This document shows positions 11,649-24,750 of a DNA stretch of 64,000 nt, in pieces (position 1 is the stretch's first letter; the number at the start of each line of letters is the position of its first letter). This DNA comes from Octopus vulgaris. Taxonomy: Eukaryota. The stretch lies in assembly GCA_951406725.2 (NCBI GenBank), contig OX597816.1, positions 2,542,001 to 2,606,000 on the forward strand, in the 5' to 3' direction. Made by a program: the position numbers and the translations under genes. Under the pieces are notes generated by a model that was not told the DNA's origin, ran no database searches, and worked only from the letters and a program-made list of their open reading frames with translations.

Positions 11649-14600
11649 CTATAATACATATTTTTGTTTTAAATGGTTACTATGGCTACTTACTGGATGC
11701 TGAAGAAAAGTCAATTCAGAGAGAGAGAGAGAGAGAGAGAGTGTGTGTTTGCATGTGTATGTGTAGAATTGATGTTTAGAACTGAAACAAAGAATTCGAT
11801 GAGACAAGTCAATTAATCCAAAGTAAATTAAGAATCATTAAGTAAGATTAAAAACTTCAGAAAACTGGAATTGTCAAAGTCTTTGCCTAAACAAAATTGA
11901 TTTCACCAGTTTTATACATTATCCAGGCATCATATTTCCATCTTTTCATAAAGCAATTAGAATCCAATAGTCAAGATAGAGGCTCTAACAACTTTTGTTA
12001 ATTTATAGATTTGAAGAAACGACCAACCCATCAAGATTCAGAGGCAAAAAACATTTAAAATGTAAAAACACTTTCGTTACATTTCTGTTATTAGTAAGAA
12101 GGTGCAACAGATTCAGCAAAAGATCAGTGAACATTCAGACAATTTGATGAGAAAATGCATTTCTATAGAACAGACTTGATAATGAAATAGCCAACTGTGA
12201 ACCATATTAATATATACAACATTAAAAGGCAATGGGGCTGTGGTTTTTGTCTGAAAGAAAATCTTTACAGGGAGATGTCAAGTAAAAAACAATATTAGAG
12301 CAAGGCAAATATTGTCTCAGCAATGAGAGCATCGGACACTTTTTGGCCTTCTTGGAACTTATCTCAGACAAAAGAACCACAGCATCCTCTCCTTCAATGG
12401 TGTATACATACACTAAATTATGATACATAGATGGCATATATACATTATGATGTATATACATTATGATATATAGATGGCTATTTTTATTTAATTCTGTTAC
12501 AATGAGATACACCAAGACTTAATGTAGTACAAGGTTCGTTAAATTGCAAGCAATGATGTCCCTCATGCTCTTCCTAATTAATTTATAAGTAAAATAATAT
12601 TTAAAGACCATAATTAGATAATTAGTTCATGATATATTTAATTGCTACATTAAAAAGCATTTGAACTTGCTTTTTGAAATTTTTAATTAAACATTTAGTC
12701 TTTTAATCAAATTCATAGCATCCACTCCCAAACAATCCCTAATTAATTTTCTGCAATAACATTCATATTTTATCCAATTATTTTGATTCGTTACTTATAA
12801 AGTTTCAACTCAAATCAAACCCCAGATACCTCATTGATTAATATATTATCCACCATCCCTGGCCCTATTTCTGCTCCCTAAATATGTTCTGGTATCGCAA
12901 TAAACAATACTGACATAGGTAACCCCTTAACTTTGATTTTACAGAAACAGAAATCATATTTACAGTCCCTCTTTTTCTAACCCTGATACAACTCATTCAG
13001 TCACTATAACAACACCTTATTTCCACCCCAACACTTCACAAGGTTTCCCCTATTACTGTTCCTCATCACCTCCTTCCAGACTCCCTCCTCGTTTCTTCTT
13101 CAACCCCTCAATCCCCATTTCAGTTCACTTGTCACACTCTTCTCCCTCTCTCTCCCCTATTCCTCCATTGGCTCATTGGCTGCTTTTAATCCATTCCAAC
13201 CCATGCCAGCAGAGAAAAAGGGATGTTGAATAAAGATGGTGGTGAGTATTTTTAGCTTCCTGATCTCCAATGTGACATCATCGTCATCATCCTTTACCGT
13301 TTGTCATCCATTCTGGCACGAATGAGCAGGAGGACTGCATTTAGCACCAATATCTACTTTGGCAGGGTTGCTACAGCCGGGTGCCCTTCCTAACCCCGAC
13401 CACTTTACAGAATGTACTGGGTACTCCATAGTGAGACCATCACCAAGTAAATTTCAATACGAAAGAGAACCTTTCCACTGAGTGAGAGTACAGTAGAGGG
13501 GGAGGGGCTTTTACACCAGACACTGAGGGGTTCAAGTATGATGCCTTGCTATAGAAGAGATAAATGGCTCTACCTTGCATTATACAAGAGTCTGTGGGAG
13601 TGGCTGGGGAGGAAAGATTAAAATGATGGTCAACGGATTCTCTCAAGATACAAAGAGAGGAGGAGATGGAAAATCACAGCATCAAACAGACTATTTTGGA
13701 TGTTGTTATACATCACTGGTCACAATGCGCTTCACATTGTTTTAGCTTTTGGATGAACCCCACCCACCCCCAATGGCAAGGTGAGCAGGCCAACATTTCA
13801 CCCCAAGTGGAAGGCTAGTCTGTTGCAGAATGACCCGTTTACGGCCGAGTGGACTGCAGGAGCAATGTGGAATTAAGTGTTTTGCTCAAGAAACACCACG
13901 TGTCACCTGCTTCAGGAGTGAAGCCCTTGATTGAGTGATTGTGAGTGATTGTGCCCTAACCACCAGGGCACAGGCGTTCACATATGGAGAATAGATACCA
14001 GTAATTAATACTTTCATAGAAAAAGACATTTAATTCAAAATCATAGCAGACAGACACCAAATATTTACAGGTTTATAGAGTTGTGTTAGAGGCTATTCGT
14101 GGTGAACAAAGTTAGGATGCAAAACCAAAACAATTCACATCCCAACCATTTCATTCCTAACCAAAGTTACAGGAATTCCATGCAGATACAAAGTAAAAGA
14201 GTTTGGAACTGGTAAAGCTTTCTTCCATCAAAGAACAAACATCATCATCAATTAATGTCCATTTCCCATGCTGGTATAGTTTCAATGGCTGGATGCCCTT
14301 CCTAATGCCGACCACTTTACAGAGTGTACTGGGTGCTTTTTTATGTGGTACCAGTACCTGCAGAGTGGCCGAGTACCCTGCGAGACAAAGACCCCTCAAC
14401 CTGTAGTATTGAGGAAGGTGATTTCGTGCCAGTTGATGAGAGGCTAAAATATGATGGAGGGACAGAGGTAAGTGTCTTGCTGAAGAGGAGACACGTGGTT
14501 ACACTACCCAGAAGTGGGGGGGAGAGAAAGTGGTGGTGGTGAAGTGTTGGGACATACCTGCAAGCCACATCTCAACAGGGAGACACATGGGTTGGTGGGA

Positions 14601-14949
14601 GTGAAATAATTAACATCAAATACATGGTCCTAATATCTTCTTTAGCCTATTAGTAATAAGTTTCTTTATCTTAATTAAACATGTTTTAATTGTCGCTTCT
14701 TAGAAGTCTCACAATCATTTTCTAACTATGTCTGAGAATTTATAGGAAATATGTCATGACATTTTAAGCGAACCTAATTCTAAGAGAATAAACTGAAACA
14801 ACAGAGAAGCAGGATCAGATCTCTCGTACAACCATCAAATCTTGCAAGCCTGGGTTCGTTTCGTCACACACCTGAATATTTATCATTTGGAGAAGAAAAA
14901 CAAGCACACACACACACACACACACACACATACATACACACACACACAC

Positions 14950-15150
14950 AGTTCTTGGTCTTGGGTAAAAGAAAATACAAGAGGATCAGTTAATCATGAT
15001 TCTATCCAACACCTTCCCCTTTCAGATTCACACACTTATTGCAGGGGTCCTTCAGTTTTTCTATGCCTTGTAAAAGAACTCGGAAGGTTGGACCTCCAGC
15101 TAGGCCTTTCATGAGACCCTTCAAGGCAGGAACTTTCCGACAGCCCCTCG
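14950..15150. repeat. Unclassified ~190-bp interspersed repeat (inverted copy at ~33558-33740)
   Basis: gaggatcagttaatcatgattctatccaacaccttcccct..tcagattcacac is present at both loci, each next to a (CA)n tract. Confidence 0.75.
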
Positions 15151-15619
15151 TACATATTCACACACATAAATCTGGCACCCCATTGGTTATGAAAAGGGTT
15201 CCAGTTGATCCAATCAACAAAAACAGCCGATCCATGAAATTAACGAGCAAATGGCTGAGTGCTCCACAGCTACACATACCTTCAGCATAATTCTCATTGA
15301 GATTTTGTCTGATACAGAATGTGACGAGGCTGGCCCTTTGAAAAATGTGCTTTGGCAGTTTATTTCACACACATACATCAACATCATCATCATCATCACT
15401 TAGCGTTCATATTCCATGCTGGCATGGGTTGGACAGAATGACAGGGTTTGATGAGTTCAAAGACTGCCCTGTGCTGTGTTGTCTTCACTGGGGTGGTCTT
15501 CTATGGTTGAATCTCCTTCCTAAAGCCAACCACTTCATAGCACGGACTGGCTGCTTTTATTGATGCCATCAACACTTGTCAAGTAAGCATACAGCTTGCG
15601 GAACTGCAAACCCTGAGAA

Positions 15620-16025
15620 GGGTGGCCTTATGCAAGGAGATGACGGAAGGGGCTTTAGGCAAAGAGACGAGGGAAGGAGCTTTAGGCAAAAAGCTGAGGG
15701 GAAGGGCTTTAAGCAAAGAGAGGTGAGAAGGGGCTTTATGCAAAGAGATGAGGGCAGGGGTTTTAGGCAAGGAGATGAGGGAAGGGGCTTTAGGCAAGAT
15801 GAGGAGAGGGGCTTTATGCAAGGAGACAAGGCAAGGTGCTTTAGGCAAAGAGACGAGGGAAGGGGCTTTAGGCAAGGAGACAAGAGAAAGGGCTTCAAGC
15901 AAAGAGAGGTGGGAAGGAGTTTTAGGCAAGGAGACGAGGGAAGGGGCTTTATGCACAATGAGGGAAGGGGCTTTAGGCAAAGAGACAAGGGAAGGGGCTT
16001 TATGCAAGGAGATGAAGGAAGGGGC
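15620..16025. repeat. 27-bp minisatellite (~15 units, gaaggggctttaggcaaagagacgagg)
   Basis: Directly visible; gives 9-aa periodic ORFs in several frames. Confidence 0.93.
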
Positions 16026-18602
16026 CAGAGCAGAACAGGTTTTTTGGTGTAGAAGAACTACATGACAACTTAGATTTTGAAAGAAAAGGTGAGAATGATA
16101 GGGGCAGAACTGGGAAGAGATAAAAATATTGGGGATGAGGTGTCTGGGTGATTCTCAGGGCTCAAGGTATGATGTGAGAAGGAAGTGTGGATAGGAGAAA
16201 AGGGAGTTTGGGTGTGTAGATGTTGCATGAGTGTGGGAGGGGCAGGTGTATGGTGGTGGAGAAGGAGAGATAATTTGGTAGGTGAGGGGTGGAAGTGGTG
16301 AGACGTGGGTGAAGATGAAGGATGGAGTGAAAGATGTGGAGAGGGAGAAAGATTGGGGGAAGGCATTTTAGGCATGCAACCACAATGCACAAACACACAC
16401 ACACACACACATGCATTACATTAACTCATTACACACGCACATATTACACATACACATACACACGCATATATTACATTCACACAAACACACACTGCATATA
16501 TTACATCACACATTACACACATACACAAACACACACACACACACTACATTCACACATTAGGTAGATAAAATTCCATGCCTACATGCAAGAAATGTGCAAA
16601 TGGAAATGAGTGAAAGGAGGTTTGTCGTATGAACTCAGTAAATCGAACGTAGATGAGGATGTAATTATTGACTGACTTCTTCAAAACATTCTTACTCAAT
16701 TCTAATTGGCCTTTTAATTCGCTTCTTTCGTTAAAACTGCCAATGATTGAAACGGGAAGCAATTTATGAAAATATAAACAAAATCTGTGATTTACTTTGT
16801 TTATTTTTTTTTTTTGTTTTACTTCTTAAAAAAAAAAAATAAAAAGAGGATTTGTCTTATTTTTGAATTCTTAAAAACCGTTTCATGTTCTTAAGTTACT
16901 ACGATATCGAAAGATGAATTATCTGGAAGCCAATAGAGTACAGATTCTTATCCTAAATGCTTTAGAATGAGAATATCAAAATGAAAAACTTTGTGGTTTT
17001 TCTTAAGTTCAGTATTTTATTAAGTGGGGGTGGGGAAAGACTAATAAAGAAATTTCTAATTAATGACTTTGATGAGGAAGACCCTTTTCAGGGCATTTGT
17101 AAGAAGTAAGAGGAAGTAATCTTGGCCTGAATACTTGCAACAGAGGGTACCCTACTGAAAAGTACCCAAGGACCAGGAGGTGGGGTAATGATTATTAAGC
17201 CAAGTAATGGAAATAAAAACATGATAACAAGTCAGAATGCAATGACTTTACAAGAAGAAACTGAACTCACTACGGCATTGCTTCAAAAAGAAACAAGAAA
17301 AAAAGACACAGCAAGCTATTGTCAGAGAAAAAAAACAAGACGGAAACCAAAAAAAAACACAGATAAGTCAAGCCCATGTTACATGCTGAACAAGTGACAA
17401 CAGAGGAAATGTCTGCTAAAAATAATTTACTTACCCACATCTGATAAATCATAGAAAAACAAACAAAAAGAATAATTTTGGGGTGGGGATCAGATTTTGA
17501 AATCATCAAATGACATTCTGCAAGGAATTACAGTTAATTAAAAATAACAATTAATAATAATAATAATAAAAGTCAAACATATTATTATCATTATTATTGA
17601 TACAATACAGTATTATAAACCATTTTACCAATTGGTTTTTGTTGAAGAAAGTCAAATAATCCTAGAAATCATCAGAAAAAAGATTGAAAGGAATAAATAT
17701 GATGTAGGCTGTTCATTCTTTCTATAAAAGACATAGTTCAAAGTGGTGGTCGCCTCAAGGATTTGAAGGATTACTTCTTAACCCCTTTTGGTATTATATT
17801 TCTGTTGAAATCCATTGCCTTTATTCCAATTAAAAATGACAAAGAAGTTACTAAAATAAGTTTACCATAATTAAGCTGGTGCTTGGGATCATCATCATCA
17901 TCACCATCATCGTTTAACGTCTGCTTTCCATGCTGGCATGGGTTGGATGGTTTGACTGAGGACTGGTGAGCCAGAAGGCTGCACCAAGCTCCAATCTGAT
18001 CTGGCAAAGTTTCTACAGCCCTTCCTAAATTAACTTTTAATCTAATTTAGATTACTTTCAAACAGGAAGATTGTATCACAGAACCAAAGGATGGTCTCAG
18101 GAGAGGTTAGATCAAAATGGTTTTAAAACAAATAGGCACGTTTGTTGAAGAATCACAATCTCAGATAAATCTGAAACAAAGCCAAGTCAAAACTGAAAAC
18201 TTATGGAAAGTCGAGGAAGGTCTGTCCCTTCTATTTAATTATTTGGCAAAATTGAAGTCTACAATGCTTAGAATATATGAATCTGAAGAATGTACAGTTT
18301 CCTAAAACCAACCACTTTACAAAGTGTATTTGGTGCTATTTTCCATGGCACAAGTGAGGTCAACATGCTGTTCACAAGACTAAAACCCCTTCAACACTAA
18401 AATTCCCCCTTTTACATTACATTTTTTAAACCCCTTATTTCAAGCACCAATCATTGAATAAGCTGTACTTATAATATCTTCAAATAATCTTAATGGAAAG
18501 GATTAAAACTAGTGATTAGTAGGGTTAATACGGTTTAATTTTCTCTTTTATTTTCTTGCATTGAGCTTTAATCTTAAGCAAAACTTCTCAAAAGTCACTT
18601 AC

Positions 18603-18666
18603 CAAATCTTTGTAAGTATCCATTGCACTATATGGTTCCAGAGCATACAAACTCCACATTGTGTCA
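18603..18666 (-). CDS. HPS3: HPS3 exon 7 (DTMWSLYALEPYSAMDTYKDL)
   Basis: Matches GWNLYIVNTISPVQLYKEM; CAG acceptor and GTAAGT donor; 64 bp, phase 2-0. Confidence 0.88.
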
Positions 18667-18824
18667 CTGGAAAAGGGGGAAAAAACAAAAACAGATTCAG
18701 GAACAGAAAATGAGGATACATTGTCCAAGGGATTGGATGAAAACTGAGCGAGAGGGCAAGGATTTACAGGGTAAGCTACAGGGGTTTGCAGTGTGGGGAA
18801 ATGTCAGTTGTAGGGGTCAGCAAT

Positions 18825-19165
18825 CATCATCATCGTTTAACATCCATTCTCCATGCTAACACGGGTTGGACGGTTCGACCAGGGTCTGGGAAGCCAGGAG
18901 GCTGCACCAAGCTCCAGTCTGATCTGGCAGTGTTTCTGCAGCTGGATGCCCTTCCTAACGCCAACCACTCCAAGAGTGTAGTGGGTGCTTTTTATGTGCC
19001 ACCAGCACAGATGCCAAGGGAAGCTGGCAAACGGCCACGATCGGTTGGTGCTTTTTATGTGCCACCGGCACGGAAGCCAGTCAAGGCGGCGCTGGCATCA
19101 GCCACATTCGGTTGGTGCTTTTTACGTGCCACCAGCACAGGTATCACAACTGCAATTTCCATCAT
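18825..19165 (-). mobile_element. RTE 3'-UTR/tail fragment, representative - strand copy
   Basis: Begins catcatcatcgtttaa on the + strand. Similar copies at ~17890, 21210, 24105, 26783, 33186, 46280, 54528 and 55104. Confidence 0.85.
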
Positions 19166-19344
19166 ATAGCTGAAGGAATTGGCCAAGGATGATCTTGGAA
19201 GAAGTTATTTTAGAACTGAAAACATTAGATTTTAGAAGTTGGTTGAGAAATGAAGAAGACATTAAAATATGTTTTACAGACCCTTTTCTCATCAACAATA
19301 TTCAATATTGGTTATTGAATTAATAACAATACAATTATACATTA

Positions 19345-19460
19345 TTTACATTGGATGGATATTTGTCCTCATCTTGTTTGTTGTTAAAACAACGTTTCGG
19401 CTGATGTACCCTCAAGCCTTCATCAGGTGCCTTGGGGGAATTTCAAACCTGGGTACTCTT
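19345..19460 (-). mobile_element. Penelope pLTR fragment with minimal hammerhead ribozyme motif
   Basis: Minus strand reads CTGATGA-AGGCT..AGCC-GAAACGTT (19426->19391). Confidence 0.65.
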
Positions 19461-21033
19461 TAATATACAACTGTAATACAATTATACATTACAAGAATGC
19501 ATTGCACTTTAAACTTGTAGGTATAAAATTATAAAAATTAAATGATTTCTTAAATACTGGACAACTATAGCCATCTGGTGGAGTGCAAAACAAGGTACAT
19601 TCCTCTGTTTGCTGTAAATTGTTGCACTGAAAATAGGGGCCTTTCTTACTGACACAGTTGTAGGGACTTTACATGGTTTTTTGATTTGCTAAAAATAGCA
19701 GCCATATTCCTTTCAAACTACACCCAACTGTCTTTAAAAAAATGACTCAATTGATAAGACCCTTTGGGGTTTACTCCTTGTCAATGATTAACATCCACTT
19801 TTCGATGCTTGCAGGAGTTGGGCAGAGTTTTATTTAGGCAGATTTTCTACAGCAGGGTGCCTTTCCTGTGATCAACCTTCACCTATTTCAAAACAACATA
19901 ATGTTTCCTTAAACTGGAAAGGAACGACACTGCCTGTATGACAGTGACACTCATTTACAACCATCACATGGTGTCAAAACATGGCTACAAACACACACAC
20001 ACACACACACATATGTGATGGGCTTCTTTCAGTCTCCATCTACCAAATGCATTCACAAGCCTCTTGTTAGCCTGGGGCTATAATAGAGGATGCCCAAGGT
20101 GCTGTGCAATGGGACTGAACCCAAGACCAATGGTACAGAAGCAAGCTTCTTAACCGCACAGCCATGCCTGTGCCTATACACTATCCAAAGAAAATAAGAA
20201 GAGATGGTCATGACTGGAAAACCATCGACAATGTGTGGGGGGAGGGGGGTTCCGTTTGGTCAGAGCTAACCAAGCCACAGATTTGAGTCATTATTATTAT
20301 TATTATTATTATTATAATAAAGGTGACGAGCAGGCAGAATCGTTAGCCTGCTAGGCGAAATGCTCAGAGGTAATTTGCCCGTCACTCTGATCCGAGTTCA
20401 AATTCTGCCGAGGTCGACTTTGCCTTTCATCCTTTCAGGGTCAATAAAACAAGTACCAGATAAATACTGGGGTTGATGTAATCGACTCATCTCCTCCCCC
20501 AAAATGGCTGCCCTTGTGGAAAAACTAGAAACCCTTATTATTATTAGTACTGGTGGTGGCAGCTACGGTGGTAGTGGTGGTGGTGGTAAAGGCATACAAG
20601 TTGTAGAACCACTTGTTCTAAAATTATCCAAATTTTCAAATTTGAGCAAAAAAAACCCAAAAAAAAAACCATTAAAACATCCCAGCAGAGTAAAGTGGTG
20701 GAAATGTATTGTTTTAATGACAAATATTCAATAATTTGACAAGAATTTCTTTAAAATTGGTCGTCAAATTGTTTCCATGATGTGCTTTAATTCTTTTGAT
20801 GCTGCTTCTGGTTTTATGGTAGAAACCTCAGTTTTTAAAGTGAAGTCAACGAAAAACTTCCATTGAAATTCTAGGTTAATTTTGGTTTCAAACCCCAGCT
20901 TAATGAGAAACCTATTGACTTAAATTATTCATTATTTTAAAAAATTAATCGCAACAAAGCTAGAATATCTTGACAGAAATATGGTAAGTAAAGGGTTAAA
21001 TTGAACAAAAGAAATGAGAAACGAGACACTTAC

Positions 21034-21176
21034 TTCAGTTCTGTTACTTTTGATAACAGAATAACATAAGAATCCATCATGGTGCCTTTGGGAGAACTTA
21101 TTACAGAGATTTCAGAAGCATTAAAAAATGGTTGTATTCCACAGAGACAAGGTTCCAAGTCAACTGGAGGAATGGC
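21034..21176 (-). CDS. HPS3: HPS3 exon 6 (AIPPVDLEPCLCGIQPFFNA...YVILLSKVTEL)
   Basis: Matches ACPPVSMDVCALRIQLF...HIILLTK; TAG acceptor and GTAAGT donor; 143 bp, phase 0-2. Confidence 0.9.
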
Positions 21177-22065
21177 CTAGAAAAGGAAACAATATTTTGG
21201 TCAACAATCATCATCATTATCATTTTTTAATGTCCATTTCCCATGCTGGCATGAGTTGGACGGTTTGACTGAGGACTGGCAAGCTAGAAGGCTGCACTCA
21301 AGCTCCAATCTGATCTGGCAAGGTTTCTACAGCTGGACACCCTTCCAAAGAGTGTAATGGGGGCTTTCTACATTCCACTAGCATGGGAGCCAGTCAGGCG
21401 GTACAGGCATCAGCCACATTTGGATGGTGCTTTTTACATGCCACCGGCACAGGAGCCATTCGGGGTGTGGGTGGGGTGGGGCTGGCATCGACCACGTTTG
21501 GATAGTGCTTTGTATGTGCCACTGCCATGGGGAGCCAGCGGCCCATGCATGAATGAATGGTGCGTTTCGTGTGCTACAAGCACAGGTAACAGCTACAACT
21601 GTAATTTCCATTTGATTGTGATTTGATTTGATTTAGATTCTGATTTACTTAGCTCAATAGGTCCCCTTAAGCACGGAATGTCATGTCCCCTTAAGCACAG
21701 AATGTCACCCAATGATTCAAAGGTACTTTTTAAATGGGCTGGTTATGTGACACTTTCCTTGCCCGGTCTCCTCAATCACATCATATCTCCAGAGGTCTCG
21801 GTCTTTCGTCATTGCCTCTGTGAGGCCCAAATTATGTAATTAATTATTGAAATACAATTAAAAATAAGAATAACTACAAAAAAAACCACCTCTAATGACT
21901 AAGACAGTTGATTAATTATGATATCAAATAGAGAAACACACACATGTTTTGATATTGAAAATATTTGAAAATCACTCGGGAAAAGATTTTCAAAGGAAAT
22001 AATTTCAAAATAATCAAACTACATTTTTTACATTTTAAATGTGATACTTATTCAAGATAATTTTT

Positions 22066-22110
<45 letters not shown>

Positions 22111-22254
22111 TAATTTATTGGACTGACAAAATTAAAATGAACCCTGAATGCACTCAAAATTCAGATATGAAACAGCTTTAAGTCAACAATGCACAAATGT
22201 CTAAAGCCAATTATTTGTGCCTGCTTTATTTCTATTTTATTTAGTATATACACC

Positions 22255-23130
22255 AAGAATGGGGTAACCACAAAAGGAAACGCTACTGCAAGACCTTATG
22301 GTTCACTCCCCACTTCTCCCTAAATGTCTGGACAAGTATAGGTAAGATTTTTCTTAGGTTGGTTGATAAGCATTTGCCCGTGATCACACAAATATAGAAA
22401 GATCTTTAACAGACATAATTTAAGGATCTCTTTCAGTTGTGCACCCAATGAAAACTACTTAGCACTCCTAAACCACGGACAGGGGCAGGTTGTTCCTGCA
22501 GGATTGGAAATGAATGCCCAGTGGATGGCCGATGTAACACTGAGGCTACAGGGTACGAAGCAGAGGTAGCCTCAGACAGAAGCAGCACAAATATCAGTAA
22601 CATCAATGCCGCCAACGCAGGGACACACACTAACATTTATGTCGGATCTTGTGAATCTAAATTTAAAATTCATCTGAACAACCACAGATCTTCTTTCGGG
22701 GTCCCGGAGTGATGCAACACGACGACACTCGCAGCATACGTATGGTGCCTAAAGGATGATCATACGCCCTTTAACATCAGGTGGAAATTACTGGAAACTT
22801 GTGGACTCTATGACAATGGAACAAGGCTGTGAAAATTGTGTATGGCACAAAGATATATAATCCTTATGGACCCCACAAGCCAGGAGGCTACCTGAACACC
22901 AGGATGGAAGCCGTGGGTTGTTGTCCACATTTTCAGAAATTTTTACTTCAAAATTGGAAAACCTAGCTATCAAGCAAAGGAAGACAACTCGTCCGTCCAT
23001 CATTTTTTAAGAGGATTATTTCTTGAACTATCACAAGCATTCTTGTGTGTAAAAAAACATTCTTTGCAGAGAACTGACTGAAGAGATGTCAAGTTCACAC
23101 TAGATATGAAACCAATGGGTTTTTTTTCTA
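22255..23130 (+). mobile_element. Penelope-like element relic, Naiad-like (3' ORF end plus pLTR with hammerhead)
   Basis: WFTPHFSLNV.TSIGKIFLRLVDKH...KIFNRHNLRISFSC...CSCRIGNECPVDGRC (CxCx5C)...YVG..ESKFKIHLNNHRSSF...*KLC...LNTRME..CPH; hammerhead-like CTGAAGA..GAAAC at 23078-23112. Confidence 0.8.
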
Positions 23131-24633
23131 AACTATTACGTTACACATACAAAAATATATATAATACATATACATATAAACACACATATATATATATATA
23201 CACATAATTAAGTAGCATAATACGCTATTTGGAAATGACTGCAATGTATACAGTTCAATATTTAGCCAAAACAGATGAGGTTGTGCATGAACAGTTGGTA
23301 GATATCATGGTTGATGAAGGGGCCACTCTGAAACCCTTATTCTATTTCTCTTTTCAGCTCCACCAAGGTGAATCCCACCCCTTCTATAATGTGTGTAGCA
23401 AGAAACAGCAAGAAGCCTTTCTTTGCTCTGGTCCCTTCTGTAATACTTTTTAGCCCAGTGGTTCCCAACCTGTGGTCCATGGACCCCTGGTGGTCCATAA
23501 AGGTGTCCATGATCTAAAAGGGAATGAGAGCAGCTCATGATGGAAAGGAACAGGTTTATTGTGAGGGGAGGGTAATGGGGAGAGTAACAAAGGGGAGAGT
23601 GTTGAGATGGGAGCAGGAGATAGAGGAGGGGGAAGGGAAGAGCAATGTTAGGGGTGAGGGTAAGGAGATAGGGTAGAGACAATGTGGTCCTAATAATGGG
23701 GTGAGTAACTGGACCCAGCGATGGGACAGACCAGTCTGTTTGCTATGTCAGTATGGGTGATCCATTTGTTAGGGTTAAAGACAGTTTGTTGAGAAAGGGT
23801 CGGGACATTTTGAGGGGAGTGGGGAATGGAGAAGAAAGGGAAAAGTAATGTTAGTGAGGGTCAGAGAGGAACAAGACAGTGGGGAGGGTTATATATGGGG
23901 TGGGGACTAAAGTATGTGAAAGGGCAAGATGGAAGAGGGCAATAGGAAGGGAAAGGAGGGGTAGTGCCAGGGGATTAGTGAGAGAGGAGGGGTTAAGTAG
24001 GAGATGCAGTGCTACCCCACATTATATATGGGTGGGTAGAGTTGTGAAGGGGAGAGATAGATAAGACAATGATCAGGGGCCAGATGCACCATCGTAGTCG
24101 TGTCATCATTTCCATGCTGGCATGGGTTGGGTGGTTTGACAGGGTCTTTGAGCTGCAGGACTGTGTCAAGCTCCAGTGCCACTCTTGGCATGGTTTCTAC
24201 AGCTTGATGCCCTTCCTAATGCCAACCACTCCAAGAGTGTAGTGGGTGCTTTTTACATGCCACCGGCACAGGTGCCAAGGGAGGCTGGCAACGGCCACGA
24301 TCGGTTGGTGCTTTTTACGTGCCACCGGCACAGGTGCCAGGGGAGGCTGGCAACGGCCACGATCGGTTGGTGCTTTTTACGTGCCACCGGCACAGGTGCC
24401 AGGGAAGGCTGGCGACGGCCACGATCGGTTGGTGCTTTACTGGTCTCAAAGGATAAATAATATCAGTGTTTTTTGCACATTAATGTGGACATTTATGAAG
24501 GTCAAAATTATTTTGCAATTAAATTAGAGAGATTCAGAAGAACAAATGAGAAAATAATTTGATTGAAACAGACAGAAAGCAAACCCCTGGAATAAAGGGA
24601 CAAAGCAGCCGAGTGGGCCACTTGCTAAATTAC

Positions 24634-24750
24634 CTTCTGAATATTATCGTAGTGGTTTCTTCGGTAGAGGGAAAAGGCTGCTCCTCGAGAAGTGTACGTC
24701 TCTACTCCTGTGTCCGTGACAACAAACAACATGGTCGGACTAGTGACTGC
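24634..24750 (-). CDS. HPS3: HPS3 exon 5 (AVTSPTMLFVVTDTGVETYTSRGAAFSLYRRNHYDNIQK)
   Basis: Matches [25 protein letters not shown]; CAG acceptor and GTAATT donor; 117 bp, phase 0-0. Confidence 0.9.

Noticed and set aside
24245-24440. Regularly spaced ~59-bp repeats resembling a CRISPR array
   Set aside because: Eukaryotic context with no unique spacers; these are internal tandem units of the RTE 3' UTR.
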